DNA of 64,000 bases from Eledone cirrhosa (lineage: Eukaryota), in assembly GCA_964016885.1 (NCBI GenBank), contig OZ024747.1, positions 21,514,001 to 21,578,000 on the forward strand, given 5' to 3'. Of the stretch, positions 54,880 through 64,000 are shown in pieces; within the stretch, counting starts at the first letter, position 1; each line of letters opens with the position of its first letter. The notes under the pieces were generated by a model. The model searched no databases. It was not told where the DNA came from and saw only the letters and a program-made list of their open reading frames with translations. A program made the translations under genes and the position numbers.

Positions 54880-54881
<2 letters not shown>
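54342..54881. mobile_element. Foldback Penelope-like end (~200 bp perfect arms 54342-54544 / 54552-54755, ~125 nt tail on the right)
   Basis: Inverted repeat read directly; TA flanks. Confidence 0.85.
54406..54552 (-). ncRNA. Type I hammerhead with ~115 nt stem II domain
   Basis: Minus strand ATTATTT CTGAAGA C GGCATATGTATGTGTTGG ... CTAACACATATATGTCC TA GAAAC GATC GTT / AAATAAT. Confidence 0.75.
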
Positions 54882-54911
<30 letters not shown>

Positions 54912-54916
<5 letters not shown>

Positions 54917-55310
54917 ATCAAAAGATGGTTAAAAGAGTTCCATGTATTTTATTATGCGTATTTCAAAAACAAATATCATCATGCAATAACATTTGTGTTT
55001 TCGTCAGATAAAATAGGAAGACATGATATGAAGGTTAAAATACACTTGTGAATAGTGCAGTTTTAAATCAACATATTCACAAGTGTATTTTAACCTTCAT
55101 ATCATGTCTTCCTATTTTATCTGACGAAAACACAAATGTTATTGCATGATGATATTTGTTTTTGAAATGCGCATAATAAAATACATGGAACTCTTTTAAC
55201 CATCTTTTGATCTTATATATTATTTATACTCCAGTCCTACAAACTGTAGAGTGATTCTTATCCGATATCTGCATTGCTTTATTGTACTACAATAAAACTC
55301 ACCTCCTACA
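54912..55310. mobile_element. Foldback Penelope-like end, family F copy 2, with hammerheads at 54945-55015(-) and 55113-55183(+)
   Basis: Highly similar to 48626-49058, reversed, with a different fold point. Confidence 0.85.
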
Positions 55311-55811
55311 TATATATATATATATATATAATATATATATATATATCCGCCAAAACTAAGGGTTGCCCCCCTTGTCAAGCCCCACGTGGGTTTTGATAAC
55401 GGTCAGTCCTTGGCTTGGCACTGAACTAAAAGCCTGTTGAGAAAGTGACTTCCTTGTTCGATCATCATACCAAAAGCTTAACATTATTTGTCTAAGCAGA
55501 CAGTACTTGATTTAGGAGTTGCAGAAACCCAATGCTGGATATTACAAACCTTCCAGGGGTCCGGGTATAATTTTCAATCATATTTTATGATATATAATTT
55601 TCAATCATATTTTATGACCCGAATTACTTGGTCGTTTCTATGGCTGTGCGGATAATGGTTTAACCATCGTCTCAGTGTGTTTGGCCTTTTAACTTATGTT
55701 GTAGCTCTAGTTCACTAGCTCCTATGGAGCGCTTGCCACACATCTCGGAAGTTGTTTTTCGCTAATTTCCAATAGCCGAAATACGATTCTCGCTAATTTA
55801 TATTTATATAT

Positions 55812-55875
<64 letters not shown>

Positions 55876-55915
55876 GCCCTCTTTGGATTTTAGTCTTCAA
55901 ATTTATTATTTTTAC

Positions 55916-55970
<55 letters not shown>

Positions 55971-55974
<4 letters not shown>

Positions 55975-56397
55975 AAAGAATAGAGGTGTAACACACAAGT
56001 TATTATATATTGGTAAACGGAATAGAAAATGCTGACAAATTGTTCACAGTTGAAAAATGGTTTAATTAGGAATAAAAGAGTATTAGTGATTGTATGGGTT
56101 AGTATTCAGTTGTGGTTTTAAGTTTTTAAGTTTTTACCGGTTGCGCATTTCTAAATGCTTTTCAAAAATAATTTTGAGATAGAGTGTCCGTGCTGTTTGC
56201 TCAGATCAGAACAAACAGCACGGACACTCTATCTCAAAATTATTTTTGAAAAGCATTTAGAAATGCGCAACCGGTAAAAACTTAAAAGCTTAAAACCACA
56301 ACTGAATACTAACCCATACAATCACTAATACTCTTTTATTCCTAATTAAACCATTTTTCAACTGTGAACAATTTGTCAGCATTTTCTATTCCGTTTA

Positions 56398-56404
<7 letters not shown>
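55971..56404. mobile_element. Foldback element, family G (~190 bp arms; single-arm copy 53286-53470)
   Basis: Inverted repeat 56006-56199 / 56212-56404, ~35 nt tail, TA flanks. Confidence 0.8.
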
Positions 56405-56432
<28 letters not shown>

Positions 56433-56435
<3 letters not shown>

Positions 56436-56601
56436 TACGTTATTCCGGGTTGAATCGGAGGTAACCACAGTAAGTAAGGTACTCAATACATTGCAGAGTA
56501 TAAAAGTTTTAATATAGATGAGATTCTACAGGACTAGAACTGTTTCATTCTTTAGAAATCATATGATTTCTAAAGAATGAAACAGTTCTAGTCCTGTAGA
56601 A

Positions 56602-56608
<7 letters not shown>
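56433..56608. mobile_element. Foldback Penelope-like end, family C, spacerless palindrome centred on CATATG (56560-56565)
   Basis: Perfect palindrome 56518-56607 folding inside the hammerhead CTGATGA core. Confidence 0.8.
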
Positions 56609-56639
<31 letters not shown>

Positions 56640-56641
<2 letters not shown>

Positions 56642-56876
56642 GTAATAATAATAAATATGAAGACTAAAATCTAAAGAGGGCTCGATAAGGATAAATATAT
56701 ATCAAATATATAAGAACAGTAGACCAAATATTTATTAAAATAACAGATTAAAGTTTAAGCAAAGAATCGCTGCTTTCACCCTTAACGGGATCTTCTGAAG
56801 TTAGTTTCTGAAGATCCCGTTAAGGGTGAAAGCAGCGATTCTTTGCTTAAACTTTAATCTGTTATTTTAATAAATA
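56640..56876. mobile_element. Foldback Penelope-like end, family A
   Basis: Arms ~56728-56795 / 56810-56877 plus ~87 nt tail. Confidence 0.8.
56803..56853 (+). ncRNA. Type I hammerhead, family A
   Basis: AGTTT CTGAAGA T CCC GTTAA GGG T GAAA GCAG CGATTCT TTGC TT / AAACT. Confidence 0.7.
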
Positions 56877-56964
56877 TATATATTATATATATATTATATA
56901 TATATATTATATATATATATATATTATATATATATATATTATATATATATATATATTATATATA

Positions 56965-57002
<38 letters not shown>

Positions 57003-57689
57003 TGAATCTCTCTCTATATATATATATGCTGAATCTCTGCGTGGAATACTCGACCACTTGCACGTTAATTTCAGGAGCAGACTGTTCCGTTTGTCGAACC
57101 ACAAGAATACTCGTCGTCTAAACCGACTGAGTATAACGGTGTTGTAAAAATTTTCTTGAGTTTTCTCCCTTGTCAAATAAATCTGTTATCTCCCTTTGAA
57201 CTGATACACATTTTCAAATTTTTTAAAATACTATGGTTTCGATAGTGATAAATGGGCAATCATCTGGCGAAAAATAAAATTGTTGACTTCATTATTCAGT
57301 GTATCAGTATGAATAAACCCATATTTCTATTTTTTGTGGATTAGCAGAATTGTTAGATCGTTAGATATATATATATATATAATATATATAATTGTTTCTA
57401 CTTTAGGCACAAGGCCAGCAAATTACCCAGTGCATTACTGGTACTTTATTTTATCGACCCTGTAAGGATGAAAGGCAAAGTCAACCTCGGCGGGATTTGA
57501 ACTCAGATCGTAAAGGGACGTAACTATGTTAGAAAACATGGCGTCCGACCCTCTACCGATACTGCCAATCCATAATATATATATATTATCTAGTAATAAT
57601 AATAAATATGAAGACTAAAATCTAAAGAGGGCTCGATAAGGATAAATATAATAATTTGCTGTATTTGTTATAACTCTTTATTTTCTGAA

Positions 57690-57977
57690 TCCAATGCCAA
57701 AGAGAGCAAACTGTCCATGTATCTGCTGCTCTCTGATAGTTTTTGATAGATCCTGTAGCTGTAGAGACTTCCGGTGTTCTTGGCCCCTGGAACACATCCC
57801 TGCTCACGACTATCGGAGCAAAGTTAGCTGCCCGTGGGTGCGAGCCCCGCGAGGTGGGGTGGCTGTTCCAGCGTGTCTCCCTCACCGTCCCCCGGTCCAA
57901 TGTATTCTCCATCTTGTCGGCTGGGGCCAAGTGGTGGAGGGTAAGATAGTTGGAGGTGGAGGATACTTGTTTGGACG

Positions 57978-57978
<1 letters not shown>
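57690..57978 (+). mobile_element. CRE-clade non-LTR retrotransposon 3' fragment (restriction-like endonuclease C-terminus)
   Basis: PVAVETSGVLGP...IGAKLAARGCEPREVGWLFQRVSLTVPRSNVFSIL; ends in (TACA)n. Confidence 0.8.
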
Positions 57979-58008
<30 letters not shown>

Positions 58009-58045
58009 CATACATACATACATACATACATACATACATACATAC

Positions 58046-58626
58046 ATGGTGGCTGCCAACTCGTTTTCGAGTACGGCCACTACTTTATATCCATGTAGGA
58101 GAACCCCTACCGAAGCGCTGAACGAGTGTGACTTTTTAGTCCAGCCAGCGACTTGAAAACTCTGGTACAAACACTACACTTGTGACAATTATTGACACAT
58201 AGTGCTGGGCCCATGGTACCATGTGAGGACAAGTGCAGAGAGATCTCCAGATATAAAGCAATGCCTGTGCCGTGAAGCTTTTATAGTGAGCAAAGGCACT
58301 GCACAAAGCCAGTCCCACTCTCTTAACCAAGATGATATTTACCAAAAAGAAGAACAAGTCAACATCATTGGATACCATCAGGGTTGCAGGTGTTATATCA
58401 GAGTTTTCCTTCTCCTAGAATTCTGCCTTGACAAAGGCTAAGGGGTCATCTCTCCCGGTGATTTTGGATGGCCATTGACTTTAAAAGAGCTCCTTTGCCC
58501 TTTGACAGGTTTTGTTTTTAGTCCTGCAGGATGTCCAAAGTCACCCTCCTCACCAAGAAACCTTGGTGGGGTTGCCAGTTTAGTCGCCAACGACCCGACC
58601 ATGAGACAGGTTGTACTGGGATACAT
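58046..58626 (-). mobile_element. Non-autonomous bipartite RTE-like element, copy 1
   Basis: Minus strand has RTE 5' UTR-like GGAGAAGGAAAACTCTGAT, a 3' C2H2 finger remnant and a (TGTA)n tail; near-identical to 58690-59260. Confidence 0.65.
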
Positions 58627-58689
58627 GTTACCATACATACATACATACATACATACATACATACATACATACATACATACATACATACA

Positions 58690-59260
58690 TGGTGGCTGCC
58701 AACTCGTTTTCAAGTACGGCCACTACATTATATCCATGTAGGAGAACCCCTACCGATGCGCTGAACGTGAGTTACTTTTTAGTCCAGCCACTGACTTGAA
58801 AACTCTGGTACAAACATTACACCTGTGACAATTATTGACACATAGTGTTGGGCCCATGTGACGACAAGTGCAGAGAGATCTCCAGATATAAAGCAATGCC
58901 TGTGCCGTGAAGCTTTTATAGTGAGCAAAGGCACTGCACAAAGCCAGTCCCACTCTCTTAACCAAGATGATATTTACCAAAAAGAAGAACAAGTCAACAT
59001 CATTGGATATCATCAGGGTTGCAGGTGTTATATCAAAGTTTTCCTTCTCCTAGAATTCTGCCTTGACAAAGGCTAAGGGGTCATCTCTCCCGGTGATTTT
59101 GGATGGCCATTGACTCTTAAGAGGTCCTTTGCCCTTTGACAGGTTTTGTTTTTAGTCCTGCAGGATGTCCAAAGTCACCCTCCTCACCAAGAAACCTTGA
59201 TGGGGTTGCCAGTTTAGTCGCCAACAACCCGACCATGAGACAGGTTACCAGTAGCACCAA
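58690..59260 (-). mobile_element. Non-autonomous bipartite RTE-like element, copy 2
   Basis: Tandem with copy 1; encodes CNVCTRVFKSVAGLKSNSRSAHR; (CATA)n on both sides. Confidence 0.65.
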
Positions 59261-60864
59261 CATACATACATACATACATACATACATACATACATACATA
59301 CATACATACATACATACATACATACATTCCAGCTTAGTTTATCTTTTAAATATATACAAGTTAAGAACTGAGATCGATATAATCGACTTTGCCCTTCCCC
59401 TAAATTGATAGCCTTTAGCTAATGTTAGAAAAACAGCTGGATCAATTTCATTTAAAATAAATAGGATGAGGCATGCTATATATCATTATATCATTCTGCG
59501 GTGGATTGGCAGTATCGGTAGAGCGACAAACACCATACTTTGCGGCATAGAGTTATAACCCTTTACATTCTGAGTACAAATCCCGTCAAAGGTCGATAAA
59601 ATAAAGCACCAGCATCCTTACAAGGTCGATTAAATAAAGTACCAGTAATGTACTGGATTCGATTTGATTGACTCCCACCCACCCCCTCAAATCGCAGGCC
59701 CTGAGCCTATAGCAGAAATCATTATATTATTATAGGGAACAGGCGGTGAACTGGCAGTATCGGTAGAGGGTCGGACGCCATGCTTTGCAGCACAGAGTTA
59801 CGCCCCTTTACGGTCTGAGTTCAAATCCCGCCGAGGTTAATTGTGCCTTTCATCCTTACGGGGTCGATAAAATAAAGTACCAGTAATACACTGGGGTAAT
59901 TGCTGGCCTTGTGCCAAAAGTAGAAACAATTATTATATTAAAACAGCTCGTATCAAACACCGAAAATTTAATTATCTTAAAATGCTACTCTAGATCGTAA
60001 AGTATTTTTGCAACTTTCCATAAAGAGTTGCCTACCTTGAATTATTGATATTATTATTGCTTATTTATTTATTTGTTTATTTATTTAATTATTTAATTAT
60101 TTAATTATAATCCTCTCTTGCATTATTAATATTTCTTTTTAAACATGTGATTAATTTTTCGAAATTTCTGACAATTAATAGGGATGTTTTTTCTGTGTAT
60201 CTTCTGATGTATCTTCTGTGTTTATCAGATACAAACATACATGATGGCTGCCCCCTCGTTATCGAGTATGGCCATTGCACGAAAATAAATAAATAATAAT
60301 AACGACAATAATAATTGCTTCTACTTTTGGCACAAGGCCAGCAATTATCCCAGTGTATTACTGGTATTTTATTTTATCAACCTCGTAAGGATGAAAGGCG
60401 AAGTTAACCTCGGCGGGATTTGAACTCAGATCATAAAGGGCCGTAACTCTTTGCTGCAAAGCATAGCGTCCGACCCTCTAGCGATACTGCCAATCCATCG
60501 CCCTTGATAATAACAACAATAATAATAATAATAATATATATATACAACCATACATACATACATATATACATGCATATATATACATACATACATACATACA
60601 TAAAACCATACATACATGCATACACACAAACATACATACATACATACAACCATACATACATACATACAACCCTACATACATACATGCATGCATGCATACA
60701 TACAACCACACATGCATACAGCCATACATACATATATACATACATACATACAACCATATATACAAACATACAACCATACAACCATACATACACACAACCA
60801 TACATACATACATACACACCCACACACACACCTCACATACACACACATACATACAAACATACAT

Positions 60865-61499
<635 letters not shown>

Positions 61500-61539
61500 G
61501 ATCTAGTCCTGTAGAAGTCATTCCTATGAGATAATTATG

Positions 61540-61574
<35 letters not shown>

Positions 61575-61650
61575 TCACACTCACACACACACATATATAT
61601 ATATATGTGTGTGTGTGTATGCGTGTATACATACTTATATATACACACAA

Positions 61651-61737
<87 letters not shown>

Positions 61738-62708
61738 TATGTATGTATATACGTATTCCAGCTGTTGAACAAACATACATTTCTTTTTGCTCTACTTTTA
61801 CATCATGTTTCTAAATGTAGCATATATCCCTGGTGGTAGTACTCCTTCTTTTGATGTTATATTGAATGCACATGTTATAGTCTGCACTTTTATATAACTA
61901 CAATACTAACGATAGGGCCTCTATGTGGTCATTGACTTGTTAGAAATGTTAGCTCATAATCATTCTTAGTAAATATATATCATAATCCTCATATATATAT
62001 ACGCCGGCGTAGGCATACAATACAACGGGAGGAAACATAATAGCACCACTGACGATGTTGCAGATGTGCAACGAAAGAACTTTGTTAGACTATATATATG
62101 TGTTTGTGTCTATATTATATCTGTATTTTTGACCGTTGGTCAGTCAATGGTAACATTGAGGACCGAATAAATTAAATTAACCGATATAAAAGACACAGAA
62201 GCGAAAACCAACTAAACAGTGAATGTGTTCTGTTATTAATTCTGGCAATATTATTACACAAATATGACCCTCCCCATATATAACAATATTTGTTTCGACA
62301 CACGATTTCATATAAAAAAACTCGCAAAACTATATATATATATATATATACAAATATGTATATATATATTTATATATACAAATATGTGTGTTTATATATA
62401 TATATACATATATATATACATATTTGTGTGTGTATATATATATAGATATATATATAAGCACATATGTATGTGTTTGTGTAAATATATATAAAGGAACGAT
62501 CGACTTTCGTCAAATCGGACCGCTAATACTATCTATCGGTCGCAACTCCAGGTAGAAGGAGCAACGTGAAATAAAGTGTCTTGCTCGAGGACATAACGCA
62601 TTGCCTGGTCTGAGAATCGAACTCACAACCTCACGATTGCGAATCCAATTCTCTAACCACTCAGCCACACGCCTTATATATAAATGTACATATATATATA
62701 TATATATA

Positions 62709-63048
<340 letters not shown>

Positions 63049-63141
63049 TTTATATATATATATATATATATGTACATTTATATATAAGGCGTGAGGTTGT
63101 GAGTTCGATTCTCAGACCAGGCAATGCGTTATGTCCTCGAG

Positions 63142-63179
<38 letters not shown>

Positions 63180-63508
63180 GTTTGTAGAATATAAATGCAC
63201 AGACACACAACACACACATACACTGTCATTTAACATGTGGAATTCATTATTATTAAATGAATATTCAGGGATGTTGCCTCATTATAAGGTTCAGCCTAGA
63301 CCCTGTTGTAATGTGCCCCACCACTGCAGCTGCCGCCACCACCACCACCACCACCACCACTACAGATCAACAGTAGCAGTAGTTATCTATCTATGTTCAT
63401 TGATGTTGATGTTTTAGATATTTGTTTACGTCTGTGCAGTTATGGATATCGGGGCTGGTGGGACAGGGTAAGTGCAGCCTGTAATGATACTTGTACCATA
63501 TGTAGTTG

Positions 63509-63566
<58 letters not shown>

Positions 63567-63676
63567 AAGGATACTATTTATGGTTATGTATATAATAAAA
63601 CCTTATATAGTTATATATATTTTAAACCCTAAATCTTATTACAGTAATTCATTACTATCTTATTACTATATATATA

Positions 63677-63778
<102 letters not shown>

Positions 63779-63875
63779 AACCAGTAAGACCCCCACTATT
63801 ACCCACTCTACTACCTCAAGTATTGAGTACTTTGGTGCGTTATGGTCCACCTGGTTCCTTACCACATTTCCTTCG

Positions 63876-63953
<78 letters not shown>

Positions 63954-64000
63954 ATATATACACATATATATGTGTATATGTGTGTGTGTATGTATGTGTG

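Noticed and set aside
62280-62305. GAAAC-AAATATT-GTT on the minus strand in a TA-flanked segment
   Set aside because: Only a 3' half with no CTGANGA, so it cannot be distinguished from chance

Overview
AT-rich eukaryotic, almost entirely repetitive DNA with no supportable host gene. The SINE, LINE and microsatellite mix looks like a coleoid cephalopod such as Octopus (inference). Long ORFs in the track are microsatellite artefacts. Real coding remnants are all retroelement-derived: a disrupted RTE-clade RT (49348-51115), a 5'-truncated Penelope-like element with a Naiad-type GIY-YIG endonuclease (41252-43015), a CRE-like endonuclease C-terminus and several RTE fragments. There are also many tRNA-derived SINEs and piggyBac, hAT and pogo MITEs. 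The main signal is a population of at least 10 sequence-unrelated short elements in (TA)n tracts, densest at 41-57 kb. Most carry type I hammerhead ribozyme cores (CUGANGA..GAAA..NUH) that can be folded by eye. Many are foldback hairpins with one arm extended by a tail, and three have complete hammerheads on both strands. Fold points cluster at the ribozyme, and the tails of different families share a GAGTRCT-like motif. Hammerheads in Penelope-like pLTRs are known; the family diversity, oversized stem II variants, two-polarity arrangement and shared tail motif are what merit follow-up. All folds and family assignments were made by eye.
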